Shown piece after piece: positions 1 to 9,599 of a DNA stretch of 64,000 bases. The first letter of the stretch is position 1, and every line of letters starts with the position of its first letter. Origin of the DNA: Anaeromyxobacteraceae bacterium (GTDB taxonomy: Bacteria; Myxococcota; Myxococcia; Myxococcales; Anaeromyxobacteraceae); assembly GCA_032654565.1 (NCBI GenBank), contig JAULAX010000014.1, forward strand, positions 49,788-113,787, written 5' to 3'. Both the position numbers and the translations under genes were made by a program. Below the pieces are notes generated by a model. That model was not told the DNA's origin. It saw only the letters and a list, made by a program, of their open reading frames with translations, and searched no databases.

Positions 1-1
1 C

Positions 2-685
2 GCCATCGGAGTGGCCGAGATCCGCGAGATGCTCGCGCTCGAGTACCGGCGCCAGATGCTCGGCTGCAGCCAGGACGAGAACTGCCTCGCCGAGATCGCC
101 GGCGCCTTGGGCGTGAACGAGCTCATCTCGAGCGAGCTGGTGGTGCAGGGCAACACCTCGACCCTCTCGCTCAGTCGCATCGACATGCGGACCACAAAGG
201 TCGTCGCCGCCGCCCAGAAGCGGCTCGCCCGGCGCAAGGCCGGCGAGGAGGTGCTCGGCGTGATCGGAGAGGTGGTGGCGACGCTCTACGAGGATCGGTC
301 GCTCCGGGCCGGTGAGCAGCGGGGCGTGGCGCCGGAGGTGGCGCGCTGGCTCAACCCCCCACCGCTCGACCGCTGGGTCTTCTTCACCACCGCCGGCGCG
401 GCGGCCGCGGCGGCCGCTGGCGGGGCCATCTACGCCAGCAACGCCGACAGCACGCGGAGGAGCTACAACGCCCTCGCCACCGGCGGCGGGACGGTGAGCG
501 GTTCGGAGCTGACGCGCCTCAGGAACCTGGCGAGCCAGCAGCAGGGGAGCGCCACCGTCTTCCTGGGCGTGGCGGGCGGGCTGGCCGTAGCGGCCGTGGT
601 GGAGGTCTTCTTCACCGACTGGCACGACGACCGGGCAGCGGTCCGGGTCGGGCCGGCCGGGGCCACGGTCGTGGTGAAGTTCTAG
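2..685 (+). CDS. Hypothetical myxobacterial protein with C-terminal hydrophobic helices (5'-partial, frame open to window edge)
   Basis: Open frame from position 2 to TAG at 683-685. Contains 'LGCSQDENCLAEIAGALG' and two hydrophobic segments. GAGGA RBS for the next gene follows directly. Confidence 0.7.
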   Translation, partial: AIGVAEIREMLALEYRRQMLGCSQDENCLAEIAGALGVNELISSELVVQGNTSTLSLSRIDMRTTKVVAAAQKRLARRKAGEEVLGVIGEVVATLYEDRSLRAGEQRGVAPEVARWLNPPPLDRWVFFTTAGAAAAAAAGGAIYASNADSTRRSYNALATGGGTVSGSELTRLRNLASQQQGSATVFLGVAGGLAVAAVVEVFFTDWHDDRAAVRVGPAGATVVVKF

Positions 686-695
686 GAGGAAGCCG

Positions 696-3600
696 ATGCG
701 TACCTTCTTCGCCCGAATGGGCCCCGTGCTCGCCATCGCGTTGGCCGCGTGCACCTCGCTCCAGGAGGTCTCGCCCGACACTATCATCACCTGCAGTGCG
801 GCCAGCGAGTGCCCGGGGGGCATGGTGTGCAACCGGGGGCGCTGCGCCAACCCGAGCGCCCTCGACACGACACCGCCCGACATCGTTCCCGGATCCGTCG
901 CCGTGACGCCCGCTGGCGTGAAGGCGGGTCAAGCCGTCACGGTGACGCTCCAGTCCACCGAGCCGCTCGAGGCCGCGCCCACCGTGGCGCTCGGGCTCAT
1001 CCCGCCGGTCACCATGGCGTGCAGCGCGACCTCCGGCCTGGCGTACACCTGCAGCCACACCGCCACCGGCCACGAGAACGGCGACCTCGGCGGGGACATC
1101 GCCATCGACGTGCGGATGCGGGACCGGGCCGGGAATGACACCGCCCGCAGCAGCGTCGCCACCATCGGCTTCGACTTCGTCCCGCCGTCCCCCACCATCG
1201 CCAGCGTCGGCTACGACCCGGCCCCGACCAACCCGCTCCCCTCCGTACGGATGGCCACGGCCGGCACGCTCGTCCGGGTGGCGGTCTCGGCCGACGAGAG
1301 GCTCTCGACCTCCACGCCCTCGGCGCTGATCGGCCGGCTCGGTGGCTCGACGCTCGCGTTCGCGCTGGTCCCGGGCCCGCTCGGCGGCACCGACGCCGTC
1401 TTCGAGACGACGGTTCCGACTGGGCTGGCGGACGGCGACTACGCGCTCGAGGTCTCCTGGACCGACGAGGTTGGGAACCCGGGGACGGCGGCGGTCCCCG
1501 GCGCGGTGGTCAAGGTGAAGACCTCTACGCCCACGCTTGCCGTGAACCAGGACGCCGTGCTCTTCGTCCGGTCGCCCCAGGGGAACGGCTCGCCGGAGCA
1601 ACTCGGCAACTACACGATCCCGGCGGGCCCGTACTTCGCCATCGAGCCGGCCGACCCGCTCTCGGCTGGCGGGCGCCTGCCCGCCGGGACGTTCCTGCTG
1701 GAGGGGGGGCCGGCTCCGGCAACACCAGCCCGGGTCGTCGTGCAGCTCGCGGCTGCGCCGGGCTCGCTTCAGCTCGGGACGTTGATTCCCGATGACGCCG
1801 GGACCTGGCCACGCCAGCCGCTGGCGAGTCCTGACGTCACCACGGTCTACATCGTCGGGATCGATGAGGCGGGGAACCGGTCGGCTGCAGTGAAGATTGC
1901 CAATGCGGAGTGGGTGGCCACGAGCAACCCGCCGTTGATGGGGACGAGTCCGCATCAGCTCTGCGGCGTGCCGTCGACCTCGCCGACGCGGGTTCAGTAC
2001 GAGGTCAGTGGATTAGCCATTGGGCCCGAGTCGGCAGGTAAGGACGGCCAGTCCTTTCTCACGCAGGGCTGGGCGGAGTGGGAGTTGCGGACCTCTGCAA
2101 CCGCCACGAACCCCAATCCACGGCGAGACTCCGCCATGGCCTATGACAGTTCCCGCGGCCGCGTGGTCCTTTTCGGAGGTGACAGCAACGGGAGTTGGAT
2201 GCAGGACACGTGGGAATGGAACGGGGGTACCTGGACGAACGTCACTCCCGTTGGAGTTAACCCCAGAATACGGACCGGACATGCCATGGCCTTTGATAGC
2301 GCCCGTGACCGCGTGGTCCTATTCGGAGGTTACGACGGCGGCCGGGGCTTGCAGGATACGTGGGAGTGGAACGGGAGTACCTGGACGAACGTCACTCCCG
2401 CGGGACCCAGCCCTAACCCAAGGTGGCGACATGCCATGGCCTACGATAGCTCCCGCGGTCGCGTGGTCCTTTTCTCAGGTTACAACGGGACATACTTGGA
2501 CGACACGTGGGAATGGAACGGGAGTACCTGGACCAAGGTCACGCCCACTGGAGTCGGTCCCGGAGGACGGTACAGACATGCCATGGCCTATGATAGCTCC
2601 CGTGGCCGCGTGGTCCTATTCGGAGGTTTCAACGGATCCATTCTAGACCTGAATGACACGTGGGAATGGAACGGTAGTACCTGGACGAACGTCACTCCCG
2701 CTGGAGCCATGCCCGACGCAAGGAACGGACATGCCATGGCCTATGATAGCTCCCGCGGTCGCGTAGTCTTGTTCGGTGGTGGAGTCTACTTCGGGCTTAA
2801 CATGCAGGACACGTGGGAATGGAACGGGAGTGCCTGGACGAACGTCACGCCCGCGGGAAGCCCCAGCGCAAGAACCGAACATGCCATGGCCTATGATAGC
2901 TCCCGCGGTCGCTTGGTGTTATTCGGTGGTTACGTACTCGAACCTGACATGCAGGAGACGTGGGAATTCAACGGGAGTACCTGGACAAACGTCACGCCCG
3001 CGGGAAGCCCCAGCGCAAGGACCGAACATGCCATGGCCTATGATAGCTCCCGTGGCCGCGTGGTCCTGTTCGGTGGACTCAGCAATACTCTAGTTACTCT
3101 AAATCAGGACACGTGGGAATGGAACGGGAGTACCTGGGCCAACGCCACTCCTGCTGGAGTTAGCCCCAGCGCAAGGAGTCGGCATTCAATGGCCTATGAT
3201 AGCTCCCGTGGCCGCGCGGTCCTATTCGGAGGCTCTGGTAACCTTGCTGTCTTTCAGGACACGTGGGAGTGGAACGGGAGTACCTGGACCAACGTAAGCC
3301 CTGCAGGCGCCAGCCCCAGCGCAAGGTACGAACATGCCATGGCCTATGATAGCTCCCATGGCCGCGTCGTCCTATTCGGAGGTGCCAACTCCGCGACTAA
3401 AATGCAGGACACGTGGGAGTGGAACGGGAGTACCTGGACGAACGTCACTCCCGCTGGAGCCAGCCCCAGCGCAAGGTCCGGACATGCCATGGCCTACGAC
3501 AGCTCTCGTGGACGCGTGGTCCTGTTCGGAGGTAGCGGCGGCGCTACCGGCATGAAGGAAACGTGGGAATGGAACGGTAGTGCATGGACGGACGTCACTC

Positions 3601-4316
3601 CCGCTGGAAACAACGCCAGCGCGCATGACTTACACGCAATGACCTTTGATAGCTCCCGTGGCCGCGTGGTCCTATCCGGAGGATCAAGCGTCCTATTCGA
3701 AGGATCGCTGGACACGTGGGAATGGAACGGGAGCACCTGGACGAACGTCACTTCACCCGCTATGGCCAGCGCCAGCGCCAGATACGCACATGCCATGGCC
3801 TATGATAGCTCCCGTGGTCGCGTGGTCTTGTTCGGAGGTAACAGATACGGAGTTTTCATGCAGGACACCTGGGAATGGCAACAAGCCACTCCACTGCAGC
3901 CAGCCTTGCAATTCGATGCCAATTGGGGATTCGCAGCGCCGGGCCTGCCAACCTTCCTTGGCGTCCGCGTCCGTGCCTTCGCCGGCGGCACCTACTATCC
4001 CGGAGGAACGTCGGACGTGGGCGCGACGCTTTACGGTTGGTCCAACCACGATCCCCTGGCTGGCCCTGGCGCGTGGGTCTCGCTCAAGTCCAACACGACC
4101 GGGGTAGCCGCCGCGCAGCCGTACCTCCCGACGGGGAGCGCGAGCCTCATCGACTGGCAGTCTCCCGACGCGGCGACAGCCAGGCGCTTCCTGACGGAGC
4201 GGGATGGCCAACTCTCCTTCCAGGTGCGGCCCTCCGGGCCGATGGGCCCCGACGTCGGCGGCTCCACGGTCGCCCTCGACTACACCGAGGTCCGCGTGCG
4301 CTACACGGCACCCTAG
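696..4316 (+). CDS. Large lipoprotein: Cys-rich N-terminus, Ig-like domains, 12 Kelch-type repeats, C-terminal beta domain
   Basis: Lipobox LAAC after a hydrophobic stretch; 'VRMRDRAGN' Ig-like motif; 12 repeats of HAMAYDSSRGRVVLFGG...QDTWEWNGSTWT. Confidence 0.85.
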   Translation: MRTFFARMGPVLAIALAACTSLQEVSPDTIITCSAASECPGGMVCNRGRCANPSALDTTPPDIVPGSVAVTPAGVKAGQAVTVTLQSTEPLEAAPTVALGLIPPVTMACSATSGLAYTCSHTATGHENGDLGGDIAIDVRMRDRAGNDTARSSVATIGFDFVPPSPTIASVGYDPAPTNPLPSVRMATAGTLVRVAVSADERLSTSTPSALIGRLGGSTLAFALVPGPLGGTDAVFETTVPTGLADGDYALEVSWTDEVGNPGTAAVPGAVVKVKTSTPTLAVNQDAVLFVRSPQGNGSPEQLGNYTIPAGPYFAIEPADPLSAGGRLPAGTFLLEGGPAPATPARVVVQLAAAPGSLQLGTLIPDDAGTWPRQPLASPDVTTVYIVGIDEAGNRSAAVKIANAEWVATSNPPLMGTSPHQLCGVPSTSPTRVQYEVSGLAIGPESAGKDGQSFLTQGWAEWELRTSATATNPNPRRDSAMAYDSSRGRVVLFGGDSNGSWMQDTWEWNGGTWTNVTPVGVNPRIRTGHAMAFDSARDRVVLFGGYDGGRGLQDTWEWNGSTWTNVTPAGPSPNPRWRHAMAYDSSRGRVVLFSGYNGTYLDDTWEWNGSTWTKVTPTGVGPGGRYRHAMAYDSSRGRVVLFGGFNGSILDLNDTWEWNGSTWTNVTPAGAMPDARNGHAMAYDSSRGRVVLFGGGVYFGLNMQDTWEWNGSAWTNVTPAGSPSARTEHAMAYDSSRGRLVLFGGYVLEPDMQETWEFNGSTWTNVTPAGSPSARTEHAMAYDSSRGRVVLFGGLSNTLVTLNQDTWEWNGSTWANATPAGVSPSARSRHSMAYDSSRGRAVLFGGSGNLAVFQDTWEWNGSTWTNVSPAGASPSARYEHAMAYDSSHGRVVLFGGANSATKMQDTWEWNGSTWTNVTPAGASPSARSGHAMAYDSSRGRVVLFGGSGGATGMKETWEWNGSAWTDVTPAGNNASAHDLHAMTFDSSRGRVVLSGGSSVLFEGSLDTWEWNGSTWTNVTSPAMASASARYAHAMAYDSSRGRVVLFGGNRYGVFMQDTWEWQQATPLQPALQFDANWGFAAPGLPTFLGVRVRAFAGGTYYPGGTSDVGATLYGWSNHDPLAGPGAWVSLKSNTTGVAAAQPYLPTGSASLIDWQSPDAATARRFLTERDGQLSFQVRPSGPMGPDVGGSTVALDYTEVRVRYTAP
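2130..3880 (+). repeat. Intragenic tandem array of 12 x ~150-bp Kelch-blade repeats
   Basis: GCCATGGCC-type anchors at 2133, 2283, 2433, 2580, 2733, 2883, 3030, 3186, 3336, 3486, 3636 and 3792 (spacing 147-156 bp). Confidence 0.95.
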
Positions 4317-4431
4317 CCTTTGACCGGCCCCCACACCTGGGCCGCACCTGATGAAGCCTGGGTATGACGTCATCCAACAAGCCGAGGTTCAAGGGACATC
4401 AGCCGGAAGGTGTCCTTGGCAGTCCTCACCG

Positions 4432-7400
4432 CTACAGGTAGTCGCACGGGTTGTAGCCTTCGGGCATCACGGCGGTCCCGTAGATCTGGAGGGTATGGGC
4501 GGTTTGGTACCACGCCGCGCTTTCATACTTGACACGGAATTCGACGTTCTCGCACGGCCCGAGATCGACGGGGCCGACGAGGATGCACTGGAGCCCGTCC
4601 CCCGACACCCACTCCTTGTCTCTCGACTGGATGACGGCCCCGACATTCTTCGCGACATCGAACGTTGCATACGCGCCATCCCCCCAGGCGTCGATCTTGA
4701 ACCCGACGACGTAGCGGCCGGCCACGAGGTTGTTCACGTACGGACCGTACTGTGCCATGCAGGAGTTGTGCTGCGCGGGGACGACGTAGGAGTCACCCGA
4801 CACGTAGGCGTCCGGGCACGGCGCGCGGCCCCAAACCGGCGAAGCGCCCGTCCAGACCATCCGGTCGGGCAACTGGACCACCTTCATGCAGCCTGTCGCG
4901 ACGCTGCACACCTCCGCCCCGAGCTGCGGACCGCATGCCGTGTCGAGCAACCCTTGATCCGGCAGGTAGTAGGCGTCCGTCACGCCGTCGCACGATGAGC
5001 CGGGAGGCCTGTCCCAGATGCCGTCGCAGTTACTATCCGTGCCACAGGTGAGGGCCGCGCCAGGAAACCGCGCAGCATCCTGATCGCAACTGGCCTCCTC
5101 CCTCTTCATCCCCGAGTTCCAAGGAACCCAACCGCCCGTCAGGCTCTCCCCGCAACGCTGTGCCGTAAAGTCGCAGAAGTAGTAGCCGTCGAGGTCCGAG
5201 TCCATGCAGGCCCAGACCGGCGTGCAGGGCGGGGGCATGTAATTGCAGGACGTCGGGTTGGTCGAATCGGGCATCCCGCGCACCATCCAGTCGTTGATCG
5301 CAGAGGTCCGGCAGAACTCCCAGATCTGCCCCTTGTTGGCCGTCGGCGCACCCGGTTGGTGTGCCGCGTAGAGCTCGCACCGCTGGCACTCGTCCCAGGA
5401 CGACGCCGCGAGTTGGTCCATCGCGTTGACGAGGCCGCCCTCGCTGAGGCTGCCGCCGGCCACCGACTTCCCTATGAGGTCGGAGACCATCCCGGCAGAG
5501 AACCCGATCGCTTCGTCAGCCAACGTGGTCCGGTTCCACGGCGAACTCCAGAAGGGGAACGACGTGCCAACCCGACCCCACGGCGTCCCTGAGTGGAAGC
5601 CGGACGTGTACGGCGGCTCGCGGTCGAATGCATCGGAGATCATGGTCGCCAGGCGGCCGACCTGCTTGCCGAACACTGATGTGTCCGTCACGTTCGTGTC
5701 CATGTCCGGGCCGAACCCGGCGGAATAGGCCATGCTGCCAATCTGTACCTGGCCTGGAAGCGCGAAGTAGTTCACGCCGCCGACGAACTGGCTGGCGAGG
5801 AAGTCCGCCCAGGCCTCGTTGAGGTAACCCGCCTCGTTCCCCGGGTCGGAGCCCTTGAAGAGCCGCGCCGCCACGGCCCCTTCGTAGGCCTCGCTGCCGG
5901 CCGCGTCGATCATGCTGCACAGCGCGAGGTGGCCGTACTCATGCGAGAACACGCCGCGCGAGACGGCCGCATCACTGTTCGGAGCTCCGAGAAGGAAGAT
6001 GTCGTTCTGAGCGAGCGTCGCCCTGTACAGCTCGAGGGTGATGCCGACCGCGAGCGAGAGTGGCGGGCACCAGCTGAGAGCGGCCATCGCGAGCACGGTG
6101 CCATCCATGAATAGCACGTTGATGAACGTACCCTGCCCATAGGTGAAGCAGGGAACGAACGCCTCGCTCCCGCCGTTCACCTTGGTGAACCAATCCACGA
6201 GCTCCCCCGTGATGACCTTCGCCTTGCGCGGCGCCTGCCCCACGCTTCCTTGCAAGAACGACCTTGCCTCGGCGCCCTGGGCGAGGATGTTGAAGTAGCC
6301 GCTCTGGATCATGAGCCGGTATGGAGGCATTTCGGCGAACGCGGAGGTGCCGACGAAGCTGCACCACTCCAGCGGCAGGAGCGTATCGCGCACCTCGACC
6401 GCATCGTTCTCGATCTCGGCACAGATCGAGACAGAAGATCCGATCGCTGCGTCGATCGAGGCCACGCCCCTCGCATCGGTCGAGCCTGAGAACATCATCG
6501 GGATAGAAAGGACGGAGTACTCGCTCATCAGCATGATCGGAACGTGAGACAAGATCACGCGGGCACCGTCGGAGGACCATGGCCGGACCATCGGCGTGGA
6601 GGGATCAGAGTAGATCGTTGCGGCGGAGAGGTCGCCACCGAAGCCGGGATCGGTGTTGCGCAGGTCGGTGATGATCTGCATGGACACCGAGCCTTGGTCC
6701 CACTTCGCGATCTCACCAACTCCCTGTTTCACGAGGTAGTCCGTGGCACGCGCGACAGCCGCGAGCGCCTCGAGCGCGTCACCGTCCGTGAACGCCGCCG
6801 GCACCTGCCGGACACCACCCGCCCACTTTGGAGCGCGGACAACCGCGGCCGTCCCCGTGGCTTGCGGCCAGGCGCTTGCGATCGTCGCATACGTGAGCGC
6901 GCCGGTCGCGTCGCGTGCGAACGAAGGAGTCTCCTGCAGCACGATCGCCTTGAAGACGGGGTGCCCTTGGAGCGCGTACTGGCGGGCAGCGTTGTAGACG
7001 GCGCCCGGGACTAGAGCGTAGGTGAACGCGCCCGTGCCATCGCCCTGGTGTCGGAAGAAACCCTGGCGACCGCGCCAGCGCTCAAGTTCGTACGCGAAGA
7101 GGGGGAGCGGCCGATGGAAGAGTCCGAGCTTCGCAAGGGCCTCCCTGTCCTTGTCAGAGCTCACGTAGACGAGCGCGTACCAGACCGTCGGGTGCCCGGC
7201 GGCTGTCAACTCTGCGACCGGCTGCGTCGTGGTCCAATCGAATCCGGCCCGCAGCGCCTTGGTCTCTTCGGGCGACAGTGGGTCATCGAGGTAGCCGCCA
7301 TTCGGACCGGGCACGTTCACGGACGCTACCGACGCCTGCGGCGAGCTGGAGAGCCCAATTGTCAAGCGCGACGCGACGAGCTGATCGTAGGCGACGACGC

Positions 7401-9267
7401 CACCCGAGCATTGCCGGAGCGCGCTGACCGGGAATACCGATCCTGCAGGGCCCCCAGGCGGTCGCCCGTAGCGGCAGACGACGTCCGCGCCGTCGAGCGC
7501 TGACCACGTGTCCCCTGAGTTTTGCGCGCGCCGGCACACGGCGCGTGAGAATGTCAACTCGATGATTGCGGCCGAATCGCCTGCCACTGGGGAGAGTGAC
7601 GCCGGGACTTCGAGCACCCTCGTGCCTTCGACAGCGACGACCCTCCCCCCGCCCTCGAGGGCAGTCTGGACACCCTTCGTGATCGAGACACGTGTCGAGC
7701 CGTCTCCGATGGCGCCCGCGTCGCCGACCGGGGCGGGAGGCAGCCCGAGGCACGCCTCCAACGCAAGCGTGCCCGGGAGGTCAGGAGCGCCCCGGAGCCA
7801 AGCGACCGCCGCGTCGAACAGCGCCCATCCACCGCCTGTCAGGGCCATCGACGCGTCAGGAGTGCCGAACCAGGCGAGGCGACGTCCCCGGCCGAAGTCG
7901 TGCGTGCGCGGCGTCCGCCCGGGCGGGACGCGCGACGCGGGCGGGATGGAGTCGTAGGCGAAGAGTCCGGCCTTGCCGGCCGCGACGTCGGCGGAGAAGA
8001 CCGCCGCGGGAAGCGGCGCGCCCCACGCAAGCCGAGCGGGCCTCGTCACGACCGAGATCGTCCCTGAGAGACCCGCGGCAAGTGGGTGACTCGTTGGTGG
8101 AATCGCTATCTTCGAGCCGTCCCGGATGATGCCGGCCGCGTCGGCAGTGGCAACCATCCGGAGGGGGTAGAATGCCTCCGGCTGGGCGACGAGCATCGGC
8201 GCGGAGAGATCGACAAGCGCCGGAAGGATCGTGGCCGCGGTGGCGGTCGTCGACACGAGCCAGAGGTCGCCCGGGCGAGGCGCTGGGGGCTTTCGCGAGT
8301 GCGGATCCACGATCCGGACGTCGAGGTTCATTGCCTGGAGGTGCTGGGCGACGAGCAGGTCGCCGGTTTCGGCCGACGCATGGTCCGCCACGAGGAGCGC
8401 GCGCGGCCGCGCGGCCCACTGGAACGCCGCTACGAGGAGGGCCTCACCGTCCCGCGAGAGCGCTCCCGGGACCGCGACGCTTGCGAGGAAACCAACGCGC
8501 CGCGCGGCTGCCCAGCCCCGCGCCGTTCGCGCGCCACGCTCGTAGCCCAGGAGGATCGCCTTGGTGGGCTGGCCGACCCGGTGGCCGGCGACGATCGCCG
8601 ACGGAGCCGGCTCGATTGGGCTGAGCGCCCGGAAGGACTTGTAGAGCCCTGTCGGACCAGCGAGCCCTGCGCTGAGTGGAGTACCACCGACGACCATGAC
8701 GGACTTCGCGTCAGCTGGCGCGAAGGCGCGTGTGCCCAGCCCCAGGTCCATCGCGGCTGATTGCGAGAGCACAACCACCGGAACGGCGGCCCGGGCGAGC
8801 ACCTCTGGCGCCTGCCTTACCGTCTCGGAGACGACGACGAGCGAACGGCCGGACAGTGCCTCGGGAGAGAGGCTCGCTGCTTCGGTGACTTCCACAGAGA
8901 ACCCAGCTTCCAGGAGGAGGTTCCGCAGCGCATTGTCCTCCGAGCCGAGTTCCTCGTCGTCATGCGAGTCCTCCTCGCGATGGTGCTCCGAGTGGCGCCT
9001 TGGTGAGTGCTCGCGCTCGAGAGTCTCTCCGCGCTCCTTGTCGTCCCGGCACTCGCGTTCATCGTCGCTGTGCAAGTCGCTTCCGCAAGCAGGTCGGCCA
9101 GCGGTTACGAGGAGAGCGTCGTAGGAAGCCGGCCAGAGCTTCTTCCCGACGTTCAGGGCCCGCCCGAGGTGGGCCTTTGGACCGTCACCACAGCCCCCTG
9201 CGAAGGTGATGAGGAGGATGGCAACGAGGGCGACGCTTCGCGACGTAGTCGGCTTCTCGTTCCTCAT
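4432..9267 (-). CDS. Large multidomain lipoprotein with HExxH zinc-metallopeptidase motif and Cys/Asp-rich MopE-like segment
   Basis: Start MRNEKPTT...FAGGC lipobox (ATG at 9267). HEYGH at 5929-5943 plus NEAWADF at 5800-5820; CMDSDLDGY...CGTDSNCDG; two tandem N-terminal alpha/beta repeats. Confidence 0.75.
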   Translation of the reverse strand: MRNEKPTTSRSVALVAILLITFAGGCGDGPKAHLGRALNVGKKLWPASYDALLVTAGRPACGSDLHSDDERECRDDKERGETLEREHSPRRHSEHHREEDSHDDEELGSEDNALRNLLLEAGFSVEVTEAASLSPEALSGRSLVVVSETVRQAPEVLARAAVPVVVLSQSAAMDLGLGTRAFAPADAKSVMVVGGTPLSAGLAGPTGLYKSFRALSPIEPAPSAIVAGHRVGQPTKAILLGYERGARTARGWAAARRVGFLASVAVPGALSRDGEALLVAAFQWAARPRALLVADHASAETGDLLVAQHLQAMNLDVRIVDPHSRKPPAPRPGDLWLVSTTATAATILPALVDLSAPMLVAQPEAFYPLRMVATADAAGIIRDGSKIAIPPTSHPLAAGLSGTISVVTRPARLAWGAPLPAAVFSADVAAGKAGLFAYDSIPPASRVPPGRTPRTHDFGRGRRLAWFGTPDASMALTGGGWALFDAAVAWLRGAPDLPGTLALEACLGLPPAPVGDAGAIGDGSTRVSITKGVQTALEGGGRVVAVEGTRVLEVPASLSPVAGDSAAIIELTFSRAVCRRAQNSGDTWSALDGADVVCRYGRPPGGPAGSVFPVSALRQCSGGVVAYDQLVASRLTIGLSSSPQASVASVNVPGPNGGYLDDPLSPEETKALRAGFDWTTTQPVAELTAAGHPTVWYALVYVSSDKDREALAKLGLFHRPLPLFAYELERWRGRQGFFRHQGDGTGAFTYALVPGAVYNAARQYALQGHPVFKAIVLQETPSFARDATGALTYATIASAWPQATGTAAVVRAPKWAGGVRQVPAAFTDGDALEALAAVARATDYLVKQGVGEIAKWDQGSVSMQIITDLRNTDPGFGGDLSAATIYSDPSTPMVRPWSSDGARVILSHVPIMLMSEYSVLSIPMMFSGSTDARGVASIDAAIGSSVSICAEIENDAVEVRDTLLPLEWCSFVGTSAFAEMPPYRLMIQSGYFNILAQGAEARSFLQGSVGQAPRKAKVITGELVDWFTKVNGGSEAFVPCFTYGQGTFINVLFMDGTVLAMAALSWCPPLSLAVGITLELYRATLAQNDIFLLGAPNSDAAVSRGVFSHEYGHLALCSMIDAAGSEAYEGAVAARLFKGSDPGNEAGYLNEAWADFLASQFVGGVNYFALPGQVQIGSMAYSAGFGPDMDTNVTDTSVFGKQVGRLATMISDAFDREPPYTSGFHSGTPWGRVGTSFPFWSSPWNRTTLADEAIGFSAGMVSDLIGKSVAGGSLSEGGLVNAMDQLAASSWDECQRCELYAAHQPGAPTANKGQIWEFCRTSAINDWMVRGMPDSTNPTSCNYMPPPCTPVWACMDSDLDGYYFCDFTAQRCGESLTGGWVPWNSGMKREEASCDQDAARFPGAALTCGTDSNCDGIWDRPPGSSCDGVTDAYYLPDQGLLDTACGPQLGAEVCSVATGCMKVVQLPDRMVWTGASPVWGRAPCPDAYVSGDSYVVPAQHNSCMAQYGPYVNNLVAGRYVVGFKIDAWGDGAYATFDVAKNVGAVIQSRDKEWVSGDGLQCILVGPVDLGPCENVEFRVKYESAAWYQTAHTLQIYGTAVMPEGYNPCDYL

Positions 9268-9599
9268 GATCGGACCCCTAATCGACCAGGCGATGGTGAA
9301 CTCGACTGCCAGAGGTGGGGGCCATTTTTGCTCGGCGTGAAAACGTCGGAAGGAGAATGGCGGGTTGCCCCGATGGGACTGTGAGTTTGAGTTGTCCGTG
9401 CAGAGCTGCATCTCTCCGTGCAGCTCGCCCTGCCGTCGGGCGCTGGCCCGCGCCGACCTGCGGGCCCGATCCTGGGGTGTTTCTCCCAGCGATCCCTCCC
9501 AAGTTGAAACCATTGATGAATTGGCCATTTGCCAGTTCTCCTGCGGCTCGCTGATTTGCCTTCTCGCGGCCCACCTGCGGATGCTTTACTCGGCGATGG

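Noticed and set aside
2130..3880. CRISPR array or DGR template/variable repeats
   Set aside because: Units are ~150 bp, in frame and protein-coding. No cas or reverse-transcriptase gene lies in the window, and the loop differences include indels rather than adenine-only substitutions.
9268..9528. N-terminal extension of the 1698-aa ORF
   Set aside because: A lipoprotein signal begins at ATG 9267; the upstream 87 codons look non-coding.
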